From positions 27,642,213 to 27,706,212 of the forward strand of contig OZ234493.1 of the NCBI GenBank assembly GCA_965153455.1: a stretch of DNA of 64,000 nt. Reading direction: 5' to 3'. Below the pieces are notes generated by a model, which made no database searches, was not told the origin of the DNA, and saw nothing but the letters and a program-made list of their open reading frames with translations. Positions 38,301-50,065 of this stretch are shown piece by piece; positions within the stretch are counted from its first letter, which is position 1, and each line of letters opens with the position of its first letter. A program made the translations under genes and the position numbers. The DNA comes from Sphagnum compactum (Eukaryota).

Positions 38301-39440
38301 AGTGAAATCCATGTTAAAAACATATTTCCCTTCCAAAAATAAAATAAAAAATTTGTATAATACATCTCACAAAGCTTGTGTTGTGTTGAGGGCTTCCACT
38401 TTTTAAATTCTGGTTTAAAAATTGTTTTAATCTCTTGCACCCATTTTTACAAAAGTTGACATTGGAAAAACAAAACATCTAAACATGCTTGCATTTCATA
38501 ACAACCTTTTGGATCTTATTATATATGTTTTTCTTGAATATTATTACATCTAGGAGCATGAATCATATTAACTTTGATCTTTTAATCCAATCAAATTATA
38601 TGCTTAACAATTTTATGATACATTTTGTGTTTCTTTACATGAACAACCTTAAAAAAATGTATCGATAGATCTGTTTGACGGTCCTTGGACCCTTAAATTT
38701 GTAAAATCCCTCATGTGGGTGCCTTACCCTACATGTTCCTACCTTCACCCATTGTCAAGCTAGTCCGCTATCTTGTCTAATTTTTTGTTGTCAATTTTGT
38801 GATGTGACCTAAGTGGAAAGCATCCACAAAAAGATTTAGCCAAATTTGACTAGAAGTGACATATAGTTTTTAAAAATAGAAATATCCTTCTATTTTTTGG
38901 CTATAGAACCAAATATAAAAGTCTAGAGATTTTTATTATTTTTTTCTATTGCTGGAGATTGAAAATGCGGAAAATCACATAATTTTCTCATCTGGATTTT
39001 ATTTTATTTTTAATTTGGCGAAACTTCAACTCCACAAGAAAAAACCATTGATCTTGTCCACCAGCCCTTCCATCTTGATGAACACAATGACCCACAATTG
39101 AGTTCCCAAGGCTGCACTTTGCTAAATATCTTCTAAATCCTCCTAGAACCACCTCACAGTACCCAGGCAACTAACTATGTAAGCATTTACAAGTTTTCAT
39201 ATGTAAGTACATGTAGGGAATGTAAGTGGTTAATAGGTAGTTAGGTAAGTAAGGCACTTTGTGGTTACTAGGTTGGTAGATACATATGGATGGTCAGTAC
39301 ATAGCTAACCGCCATGGTTAGTTATGGGACGTGAATACAATAAATAAAATGTTTCATATTCACATATCGAACATCACGCATGGTGTACCAGTGAGAGTTG
39401 ATTCAATCCAGCCCTACGAAAATGATAGCCTGAAACCATT

Positions 39441-39583
39441 TTGCACAGGGGAAGGTGTTGCTGTCAGGGCCCATTACGCCCTGCTAAGGGCGCCTCTGTC
39501 AGGGCGTTACGCCCTGAGAAGCGAGGGCGGAGGCTCACTTCCCAGGTTGTAATGCCCTGACAGCAGTGCCTTCCCTGATGCAA
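39441..39583. other. GC-rich branched hairpin
   Basis: gggaaggtgttgctgtcaggg (39449-39469) pairs with ccctgacagcagtgccttccc (39555-39575) using three G-U pairs. Internal palindrome tcagggcgttacgccctga. Confidence 0.8.
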
Positions 39584-40961
39584 CAACTGAGAAAATAACA
39601 TGGGCGTAACACCACGACCGCAGGGCCTTAGGCATAACCATCCTGCACCCTGGGAGCAGGAAATTATGTCTGGTGAGGTCCCTCGAATAACAAAGGCTAA
39701 AGTCTTGGAGGTCGTTACATCCTGCGGAGGTGGCTGAAGAGGCCATGTGGTTCCACCAGCTGTCCAAAGATTAAGGATGATGATCTAGGATATCCTTTAG
39801 GATTTCAACTGGGAAGTGATGCAGATGCATCATAGGACATACTTTTTGGCAGACACCATGAGCTTCATTGTAAATCACAAAACTCTAGTGTGGCAACAAA
39901 ACAATATATAAAAGATTCAAGCCAAGTATGTCATGTTTCATGTAAGAATCAATTACACGGAAGTGCAACTACCACTTATGCAAAGGAAAAATCTCTTAAA
40001 GTTGAACTTCTTCACACCCCTCCTTTGATCCAACTTGCTAGTATCTCACAAGAACGCGATGGGTAGACAAAAAGTCTTGAACATTATAAAAGTGGTTTAA
40101 ACTAGTGTCGGTCTGACTTGAACATACTAGCCTGGTTCTGGTATTGGCGCCAAGATTGACTTTGTCTTGAATTAGGCAGGTATATACTTGGTATTGAAAT
40201 TGGTAGGAGGTTGGTAATGCCTTAGGTCATACCAGCCAGGTAGGATCATTGCTTCCAGTATTGATACAAGTGTTGACATTGAGTGTGGACCTCAATGTCA
40301 AGGCCTGCATTAAGCAATCTTCTTTTGCAGAGGGTTTGTAATAATCTTTTCTATTTTCATAAGCTCAAATGCATTACAACTGTCGCACAAACTCAAGAAT
40401 GCAAAAAGAGATTCTAATTTAGCGTTTAATTGCCCAGCTAATATTCCCACTCTTCCCTTTTGTTTCTTTAATCAGATTTTTCTCATCCTAAGAGATTAAA
40501 TTGGGTCATTCAAACTCTAAGTGATTATAGTCCTGAAATCAATCAAGGTATGTCATAGTGGTCAATCAAAGTTGAAGTTCATTGGCATTTTGTAATGAAC
40601 CAGTCTCGTTAGCAAACCTGATTGTACCCATGCCCCTATCATATGATATTTGATTGGGTCAATAAAACTCGACCGGGGATTCTAGCCCTGAGGAACAAAT
40701 GAAACTACCGTTATTGGAGTTATTGGGCATGTTGTTGTAAAATGATGCACAAAAAGGTTGATACTTGTGTCAAGAGTTTGTTGATGCTTGTGTGAAGAAT
40801 GTATCTTTGAGGAAATTTGGACAGCTCATATGAACACATGACTCCACTATTGGAATGTCAAGTCCAAAGCTACTATCATGCAGTCACTGTCATCACTCCT
40901 TCCTCCAAATCGTCAATCCAATCACTAAATTCTGCAAATTGGGAGCATGAAGTTCTATGAG

Positions 40962-41280
40962 CTTTGGCAATCCAAGTTCAGTCTTCAAAAATCGGGGGGT
41001 TTAGCTCACTGAGGCTCCACACTACTTGTAAGGACTCCCTAAGCTGTCATAATGCTTTTTTCTCTCATGACTGAGAATTCATCAGAATCTTTGAAAGAGT
41101 GAGAACCACTTTACTTGTCTTTGGCAATTCAAGTTCAGTCTTCAAAAATTGAGGGTTTAGGGTTTAAAGCTCACCGAGGCTCCATAGTTGTGAGGAGACT
41201 CTTAGCTGCCAGAATGCTTTTCTCTTGTGCTTGAGAATTCATGAGAATCTTGGAAAGAGTGAGAGCTACTTTACTCATAT
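40962..41280. repeat. Tandem duplication (~158 bp) of the kinase gene's C-terminal codons plus proximal 3' UTR
   Basis: 40962-41118 is a diverged copy of 41119-41280 (ctttggcaat.caagttcagtcttcaaaaat...ctcac.gaggctcca...tgagaattcat.agaatctt.gaaagagtgaga). Confidence 0.85.
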
Positions 41281-42772
41281 TGGGTCTCGAGTTGGGATCA
41301 GGATCCACACAATCCTTGGCCAGCTCTGCAGTCTTGAGTGCGTAGTCAAGAGGAGCAGAGTCTCCAAGCAAGGGATCCATCCATGCTCGTAGTCTTCTCC
41401 CCGGTTCCTTGTCTGCAAGGATGGACCTTATGACATCAGGGAGATGAGTCTTCTTCAAAGTGTTTGTGCCAGTCTGATCTGCAGTCTGGCAGAAGCTCGC
41501 CACCTCCTTGCCTGACATGATTTCCAACAAAATCACACCAAATGCAAACACATCAAGCTTTGGCGTGATCAAACCACCAGCTTTCTCCTCTGGTGCCATG
41601 TACCCATGTGTCCCTGAAATCCGGATGCTGTGAGATTGTCTGAAAGTTGAGCGCTGTACTCGGACTCCTCCTGGAAGTTGCATCACCCTTGTAGAAGAAG
41701 ACTGATGATGATCTGAGCCTGTATGATCCCTTTGCTCTTGCAGCTCTCCACTAGTACTTGGTGTGCTCCTGCTGGAACCCTGACCCTCTGCTGCTGCTGG
41801 TGATGTACCCATCTGATCTTGAATTTTCGCAACTCCAAAATATGCAATTTGAGCATGAAGTTCAGTGTCCAAGAGGATATTGCTACTTTTCAAGTGTTTG
41901 TGAACAAAGGGTCCAGCATATGTATGGTGATGGAGATATTCAAGTCCCTTGGCAACATCAAGGACCACTTGCAGCCTGCTTGTCCAAGTGGGAAGACCTG
42001 AGAATCCTGGCGAGTACTGGCTGTGAAGGTATTGTCGCAGGTTTCCACTGGCAATAAACTCATAGACGAGATAAATCTGGCCATGTTGCACATTGATGCA
42101 GCCACCGATGAGTTTCACAAGATTTGTGTGATGTACACTACACAAGTTCTTCATCTCAGCAACAAAATCTGAGCCTCCTCTTCCTGATCCCTTGTTGCTA
42201 TTGTTGTTCTTGAGCACCACGACTGCTACATCCATGCCATGAAGAGAACCCCGAAACACAGAATTGCCCACTTTCTTAGCAGGATGGAAATTCTCTGTTG
42301 CCATGCTCAGATCCTTGAGTTTGAAAATGATAGCTCCATCTGAAAGCATATCCTTGATGCCTAGCACCTGCTGCTGCTGCGATGATATCACACTGCTGCT
42401 GCTGCTGCTAGTGCTGTAATTCGCGGAGGAGTCGACTTGTGAGGAGGAATCCTTTGACAAAGTCTGGCTAGAAATCGTAGTTGTAGCGGTGGTGATGGAG
42501 TTGGTGGTGGTGCTCATGCTGCTGCTGCTGCTGTCGTGATACGGCAGCCGCCACACTAGAGCTGCCTTAAGCTTACTTCTTAGACTGGCAGTACTGAAGA
42601 CCTTGAGGTGCTGCTGCTGCTGCTGGGAACATGAGCTTGCTGCTGCTGCAGGACTAGTAGAGCTGCAGGTAGTTGATCTTGATGAGCAGCAGTTGCGTGC
42701 AGCTGCGCCAGTCTGCTGCCGCTGCTGCTTTGACACCATTATCCTCATTCGCTTCATGATGATCATACACAT
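41171..42772 (-). CDS. Intronless receptor-like cytoplasmic kinase with a LysM-RLK-related kinase domain, probably a pseudokinase (At3g57120-like)
   Basis: 533-aa ORF with a Ser/Gln-rich N-terminus and no TM. Kinase subdomains ATENF, HHTNLVKLIG, LVYEF, W..RLQV.LDVAKGLEYLH, GTHGYMAPE, DVFAFGVILLE, C..PDP..RP.M. Catalytic motifs are altered (VAVV, HKH, YFG). Confidence 0.9.
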   Translation of the reverse strand: MCMIIMKRMRIMVSKQQRQQTGAAARNCCSSRSTTCSSTSPAAAASSCSQQQQQHLKVFSTASLRSKLKAALVWRLPYHDSSSSSMSTTTNSITTATTTISSQTLSKDSSSQVDSSANYSTSSSSSSVISSQQQQVLGIKDMLSDGAIIFKLKDLSMATENFHPAKKVGNSVFRGSLHGMDVAVVVLKNNNSNKGSGRGGSDFVAEMKNLCSVHHTNLVKLIGGCINVQHGQIYLVYEFIASGNLRQYLHSQYSPGFSGLPTWTSRLQVVLDVAKGLEYLHHHTYAGPFVHKHLKSSNILLDTELHAQIAYFGVAKIQDQMGTSPAAAEGQGSSRSTPSTSGELQEQRDHTGSDHHQSSSTRVMQLPGGVRVQRSTFRQSHSIRISGTHGYMAPEEKAGGLITPKLDVFAFGVILLEIMSGKEVASFCQTADQTGTNTLKKTHLPDVIRSILADKEPGRRLRAWMDPLLGDSAPLDYALKTAELAKDCVDPDPNSRPNMSKVALTLSKILMNSQAQEKSILAAKSLLTTMEPR

Positions 42773-44113
42773 TGCAGTGGATTACAGTACCACGTCGCGG
42801 TTCTCATCATTAAAAAAACGATCTTCTTTCTTCTACTTCTACTTCTTCTTCTTTTCTTTTTTCTTGGTGGGTGTGTTTCATTTCGACAACCCAATTCTTC
42901 CGAGTTGCTGCCTGCACGAGCTTTAAATTCTCTAATCCCTAGTGCTAATCCCTACAAGCTTAGAACACAAACCCACTACACACAAAACCCTAATAGGCAC
43001 AGCAGTTGTTGCAGACCATATCAACAGGCTGCAAGCAATCAAGCAATCAAGAAATCAAGCAACCAACCAACCACCACTTCCTCCCATGAGCAGCAGCTTC
43101 AATGAAAGAAGAAAATTGGTCGGAAAAAGCCACAAGACCAATTTGGCCATGAAAAAAAAAAATCCCAATTCAAGAAGAAGAAGAAGAATCGCAAAAAGGA
43201 AAAAAAGAACTCTCGCGTGAAGGAAGAAGAAGAAAGATTCCACTTGCAACAACATCTCAGTGCGAAGGATAGAAGCTGCCAAGGGAGAAGGCACTGCTAG
43301 AAGCGCACGCGGCTGCCGCGGGTGGTTGGGTAGGTAGTAAGTCGGGTTCTGCGATCTTTTCTTCGACCTCTTAGGCTCTTGTTTAAGGTACGTTTTTTTT
43401 TAAAAAAAAATTGGGGGTGTCTAGATATTGCCAAAAAGCTATATACAAAATTTTAAATGATAAAATCAAGTGCTTTTTTAGATTTTTCAATAGTCATAAT
43501 TCGAATTTTTTTTAAATAGCCATATTTATATGCATAGTTCAAATAGGTAGCCAAATATATAGAAGGATGTTTTAAAGTTTTTACTTTCGTATTTAGCTTG
43601 TAGCCAATTTTGGCTAAATGTTTATGTGGATCATCACCACTTTTGGCTATAACACAAAATCGCCAAAAACAAATATTGGGTCGGTGGGTTCGACTGTCCA
43701 TTCTTCCACATGCCCTCTTGTTGTTTACGGTCAAGATGGCAGGTATGTACTTGGTACCCAGTAGCACGCCGTACACCTGTGGGGTTGGCCCCCGCTTCCT
43801 GGGTCCGTGTTTGAAATGTTTTTTTTAAACAAATGAGATTTATTAATGCATTTTTGTGGTATGTAAAGTAAGCCCACAGCCTTTCTCAGAATAAGGGGCC
43901 ATATTAGGATCTGCCTTACATGGGAACGATTCCAATAAAGCCCACAACCCATGTACAGAGTACAGACCTGGTCGACATTTCAATTTTTAAGTTTTTCCCC
44001 TGATACTTTCCATGGGCATTAGGTTTTTCAAAACACATGACAAAATTTGTAGACAAATTATGCACAGTAAGTCGGCTTCCAACCACACGACAAATTTTCA
44101 AAGATGTCTTCAG

Positions 44114-44647
44114 GAGTGTTGGGTGGTTCTCACTTTTTCATGAGAACCGTGCTTCTAGTCATTAACCTAGTTTTAAAGAACCAAGCAGATTCTTTTTTGA
44201 ATTTTTGAAAACTTCTGCAGAGAACTCCATGTCTGATTCTCACAAATTTGTTAATTGACATTTTTCAAAGCTGGTTCTCAACTTGGTTATCAATTTTTTT
44301 TATTAAATTAAGGTATTTTTTAATTCAATAAAATGAAAATAATTTCTTAATTTAAAATCTTGTTGAATGTGTCTTACCAACCACCCTACACCTTAGATAC
44401 TAACATAAACTTTTATCACTACAAATTGGGAAAGGGTATGTCTTAATACTCAGGAAAGTTTTCAATTTTTTTTACATTTAGATACCCTGGGTGGTTCTCA
44501 TAAAGTCATTTCTCAAGTCAGTGAGAACTGACGGGTCAATTGTCATTCACGGTATTAACATTTGTGATACCCATTGATTTTCAGGGTGAGAACCAACATG
44601 AAACCCTGATCAGTTCTCACCTCATTTTTGCGAACCGCTCAACACAG
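44114..44647. mobile_element. hAT-type MITE
   Basis: TIRs gagtgttgggtggttc / gaaccgctcaacacag. 8-bp flanks gtcttcag / gtctttac (6/8 match). Many internal ggttctca/tgagaacc subterminal motifs. Confidence 0.7.
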
Positions 44648-45356
44648 GTCTTTACTACATTTTCTAAGCACATCGGTCCACTTGAGTTGATTCATTACTG
44701 GGTGTGAAAGTATCCTACATACAGGTTATCTACACGGTGTTCTAATTTGTTGTCTAGATGGTGTGCAAGCATGTGTGTGCGTCTAGATGGTACATGCGCT
44801 TTTACCTGACTAGATTGATGATGTCCTTTTGTTGTTTGATTTCTGGATGGTGTGCCCAAATGCAGCTGTCAATTCATTTCTTCTTTGTTCACACTAAATG
44901 AACGATGTGTTCTCTTTGGAAAATGATGTATGTTCTCTTTTAGCTGTTTAGTAATTTAGGGAGGATTTGGCGCACTAAAAGAAGTTGCACTTGAAAAAAT
45001 AATTTGTTGTTGTGAAATGGGTTCTAGGAACTACCTTTACAAGTTACTACTCAGTCTAGAATGATAACTAGATAGATTTAACTGGCAGTGTAAACATGAC
45101 ATACACAAGAGGCGGGCTACAGGTAGACACCAAATAGGTGAAACTAATTTTACAGGGGCCAGGGTCAATTCTATTTCTAGAGGACAAGTTGCCCAACAGT
45201 AAATATTCCCTAATTAAATGTTCAATCAACATTTTTGTTGACATTTTTTTTTGAGAAACTTGTGTGAAAATGTGAGGTTTTGCATGTAATTTTGACTTTC
45301 TAAGGGGAAAAATTCACCACCTTTTTTAGGTTTAAAAAACTGAAAAGAAAAACACA

Positions 45357-46119
45357 TCTACTCTGTTTGTTATGTTTCAAGCTCCCAAACCATCGCACCC
45401 CATCATGCTCTTGGTACCATGGGAAAGCCCTCAATGAGTAAGGGTGAAACAAGGTGGCCTACCATGCAAGAGCTATTCAATATTGAACAATTGTGTCCAA
45501 AAATTTTCAAAAAATCAAAATTAAGTAATTTAGAAAAATTGGGGTGAATTCTTGGTATTGTTCTTGGTAAGTTTTTGATGAATGGGATTTATCAAAGGTG
45601 ATTCCATAAATTTTAGACCTAAAGTGGGAAAACATTAAAATTTGGGTAATTTTTGTCATTGGAATTTTTTTTTATATTTTTTATATTTTTTTCACAATCT
45701 ATCTATTAAGGAAGGTTGTTTGTTTGTTGAAGTCTCCCAAACTGTTGTGCACTTGTTACATTCTTGGTACTGTTGGAAGGCTTCTTCATGAAGAGGGGTG
45801 AATCAAGGTGATTTGATAATGTTTAGACTTACAACACAAGAGTTATTGAATATTGAACAATTTCGTCATTGAAAATTGAATCAAATTAAAATTAAAAGCT
45901 TTTATGAAGATTGGGGCAGGATCTTGGTGTTGCTAATAAGCCCTTGATGAGTGAGATTTCTTGAAGGTGATTTTATAATTTTTAAACCTAAGGTGAAGGA
46001 GATATGGAATTTTGAATAGCCATGGAAAATTATTGCCAATTTTTAAATATTATTTTCACAAGTGGGCTCTACGATCAGGATTATGTTCACACTTTGGCCA
46101 ATGGCACAGGTCATACTAG
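45357..46119 (+). mobile_element. Non-autonomous Helitron-like element, two tandem related units
   Basis: Unit 1 starts a|TCTAC at 45357 and unit 2 starts a|TCTATCTATT at 45698. Their internal sequences are similar. The 3' end is CTAG|t at 46119, preceded by a short tggcc..ggtca stem. Confidence 0.6.
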
Positions 46120-49100
46120 TTGGTTCTTAAAAAATGTTTTTAATGAAAAGTTGTTAAGGAACAACTGAATCTAGGAAAAGCCTTACTGTGGCCTTAAAAT
46201 GGAGGTTATAGTAACAAAAAAAAGATAAAACTGTAATAAAAATAAAAAAAGCTATAAAACAATGTAAATCAACTGGATGATATGCAGATCAGGGAAGATG
46301 GATAATCGGGTTTGATATGGGGAGTTTGCAGATTTTCGCCATTTTTGATAAATAAATTTGATTTCTTTTTGGAATTTTTTTTCTAGTGTAAATTTGACTA
46401 ATTTATATTTTTTGTTAAATTTCTCCAAATTTTGGATATTATAAAATTAAATTAAATTAAAAACACCTGCTTTGGATTGTTCAAATATCCCACACATAGC
46501 TGAATATGATCACCATGTGGACCAGACCTATTTCTGGTTACATAATTCAGATTTCCTAGTGTGTTTGAGGGTAGATTATGTCTGTGAATAAACATTCCTA
46601 GAAAAGAGGTGAGATATTATGCATACTCTTTAGAGTGGAAGGCATCTACTCTAGGTGTAGGAATCCTCCCATTTTAAATGACTAGGCATAAGACCCCTCA
46701 GCCTATTATGCCGTCTGATACCCACATAGTTGAGGGTTCTAAAAGGTGTGCCAGGGGCTCTAAAATTACCAGCATTTGGCACCTTAAGACGCTTAGATAG
46801 GGGTGTTATCCAAAATTTTGCAACTGCCCTAGGCTGTCACCTTGAGTGGGCATCTTATTCTTCTAACAGCCCCCATCCAGGGGCCTTACGTACCATGTCC
46901 CAAATTTAGGCTTAGAAGGTTACGCATGTTCCTAGCATATCTATTAGAAACACCCCTATCGTCCTCTATCTGAGTTGAATGGACGAAAATTTTCATCCAT
47001 TCTCCTATCATCGCCTATTCTGGGGTGTTAGGGCTGATGTTGTACAAAAATGGATGAAAACTCTCATCACTGGCTGAGAGGCACTTTTAAAGGCGAATAT
47101 CATGATGATCTTGGTTCAAGACATTTGAGAGCCTTCCTTTATAGTTTTAAACACATGCTTCCAATTGCAATAAAGCATATGTCACAGTGTTTTCCTTTTG
47201 GGCAATTGTTTTTTTTTTTTTTGGGACCTGAAAAATATGATTTCAACTCATTCAAAAGACTTTTGTGAAAAAGTTGCCCTAAGTTGTCAGATTTTGAAAA
47301 TAAATCAGTTCGCCAGATTTTTACAATAGGTTACAATATACTTTCATGGATGATTTATAGCCATCTTCTTATGGGTGATTGCCAGTTTGCTACATCACAA
47401 AATTGTAATAAAAGTAATTTTGCTTTAAAAAAATAATTTTAGAAAACCCTGGTCACAATGTAAGAATGTGCTTCATCACACACCATAAGGCCCATGTCTA
47501 CACTGTAGAGCACCACAATGATCAACATTGTGGGCTGATTCGTGGTGCACTGGTCAGTGCTTGTTCAATCTTGCTCACACTATTCGAGATGGATTCTGCC
47601 TCGTTAACTATGATCTTACCTACTTACATAGGTAACTACCTAGGTAGTGAGAGGGGGAAGTAGGAAGCTCTTGTAGACACCAATGGTGAAAAAAAATTCT
47701 AAACTTAAAAGTAGTTTCTATTAATGGAAATTACTCAAAATTCAATATCTCCACCAGCTAAAAATCCACCCATAAAGGGCTTTTTCACAATAAGATAATA
47801 GCACTCCAATTTCCTTAGCAAAAAAAAACTTGATTTTGTTGAATTTTCTTTGACAAAATTATTTACTATTTTATTCTCTTGCATTTTATGTCTAAACCAA
47901 TGTTCTCTTGATCTTAGGTTTTTAAGAGAGTTTTCAGTTTTCGGTTCAGTCACTTTTGTATAAAAGAAAGAATCATCAATTCTATGTCTATTTAAATTTT
48001 ATAAAAATCAAAACCCATCGATTTTGAAGTCAAGTCAATTATTTTTACTTTTGGTTCTTGGATTTAACAAGTCTTATCTTGATAAGACCTTTCAATTTCA
48101 GGTTCAAGGGTAGTTTTAGGTTTTAGGGTTTTATAACAAGAAGATGAAAATCAAAATTTTAGAAATCCATCATCAATTGTTTTGGTGTGGTTTCATAACT
48201 TCTTTTCTCTTCACCTTGGCCTTGGGTATACTAGCATCTACACCAACTTTAAGAAAAGTGTACAGGTTTCTTCACAAGAATAATTCTTTAACTCAAACAT
48301 GTTAAGGGAATAACTACTCGTGGTAATATTTAGTTAGTATATTTGTATTTACCTAGTTATTGTTTTAGGAATTACTAGCTAGATTACATAGTTTATTATC
48401 AAAAAGAACAGTAGGATGAGGAGTTTGAAGAAAAAGCTTAGAATTTTGAACCTCAAATTCACTATGTGGTTGAGCAAGAAGCTATAAATCAGGGCATCAG
48501 AATGTCCAGAATAGTTGAATTAGTATTTGTACCAAAAAACTGTAATCTTACTAAAAGCAGAACCAACAGTAGCATAAGGTGTACCTTTGGCTATCAAAAT
48601 AAAGTATAGTGAACCCAAACTTAATCAACAGAGTGGAAGCATAATTAAAGGAGTCCCAAGGGATTGGAGTATAGGAATTCATGTGTGAACATAATTCCAA
48701 GACCTAACCCTTCACAATGCACATATTATCATCAGATTGGACATTAAATCAATGAATGTCCATTTATTGAAAATAATATGGGCCAAGGATTTGTTGAACA
48801 TTTCCAGAATCTGAATCCAAAACTTACAAGAGCAAAGAACCATGGACATGTTGAGCTAGAAGATCTGTACCATGAATGGGTTAAAATTCCAAATAGACTC
48901 ACAGAACAAATCTGGAAAAATAACATAATGGAAATGAGAGCTCAAACTGTGGCAAATGTAATACCAATTTTTGTAGCTCTTATACCAAATTTGTTACATC
49001 ACAACAATGTTGGAATGACTTATCCGGGAACTTCTAATTTCACAATGGAACTAGATCTGTACCATTATATTTTGTGGAAATGCCTTAGTCCATGTTTATA

Positions 49101-49439
49101 GTTACTGAAGTTCCATTTGTAACAACACCAACCCATATTGTTGTTGGTGTGAGATCCAAACCCCATACTCCAATGGAAATAGAAATTGTCAATGTGCATA
49201 CAAAGATGCCTAGAAAGGTGGACAAGATTTTTGTTAAACAACCATTAGACCCAAAAGGAGGAGGTTCAGACCCACCTAGACCTCCAGGACCTTTAGGATA
49301 TTTTGGATTGCTAATGATGAATCTAGGCATATCACCATTACCACCAAATAGGCCTTATCGTTAGCCACTTAACTATCATGAGTATGTGAAGGATTCTAAC
49401 CCAGATGTTCATGTCAGAGTTTTTAAGGTAATCATTAAA

Positions 49440-50065
49440 AGGTTCAAGCACACTAAGGTGTAACACTTTTACACACATGTGAAAGTTCATAATTGATTAA
49501 ATTAACATTGTGAAGGTAGTGTGAAGACAAGATACCTGGAATCACACAAGTCGTTTTACAAATTATCATTATAAATTCGTTATAAGAAAATTTCAACCCT
49601 AGTTTACCTTATGGAAAACCTAAATTTGAAAGATGAGCTTTTAACCTATTTTTTTGTTAAATAAAGGATTTAATAAGAAAAAACCATAATTAAAGGTATA
49701 TAGAAAATTTTGATCATCAAAAATTTTCCAAAGTTTTCCTTGGTATCAATGTTATCACATCATATTACCATTGAGTCCTTTACTCATTAAAAAAAATAAT
49801 ATGAAGGTGCATGAAATCCATACTCATTGATTATGGATTATTACAAGTTTTTGGGTACTTCTTTGAAAGTTTATTATGTTATGGTTCTTCAAAAACTATC
49901 CATGAAATTCATACAATGTGATTGTGATATATATAACATTGTAATGTTGAGTCCCTTTTCATTTTAGTCAATTATATTTAATCACATGGCCAATTACAAA
50001 TTTCAAAATCTTATAAAAATTGTCTTATGACAACACTTTATGGACAATGTAATGTGCTTTCACCC
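49440..50065. mobile_element. MITE nested in gag
   Basis: The gag reading VFKVIIK...NGEIENAKIVNLF is split by an AT-rich insert with imperfect TIRs aggttcaagcaca / tgtgctttcaccc and TA(A) flanks. Confidence 0.65.
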
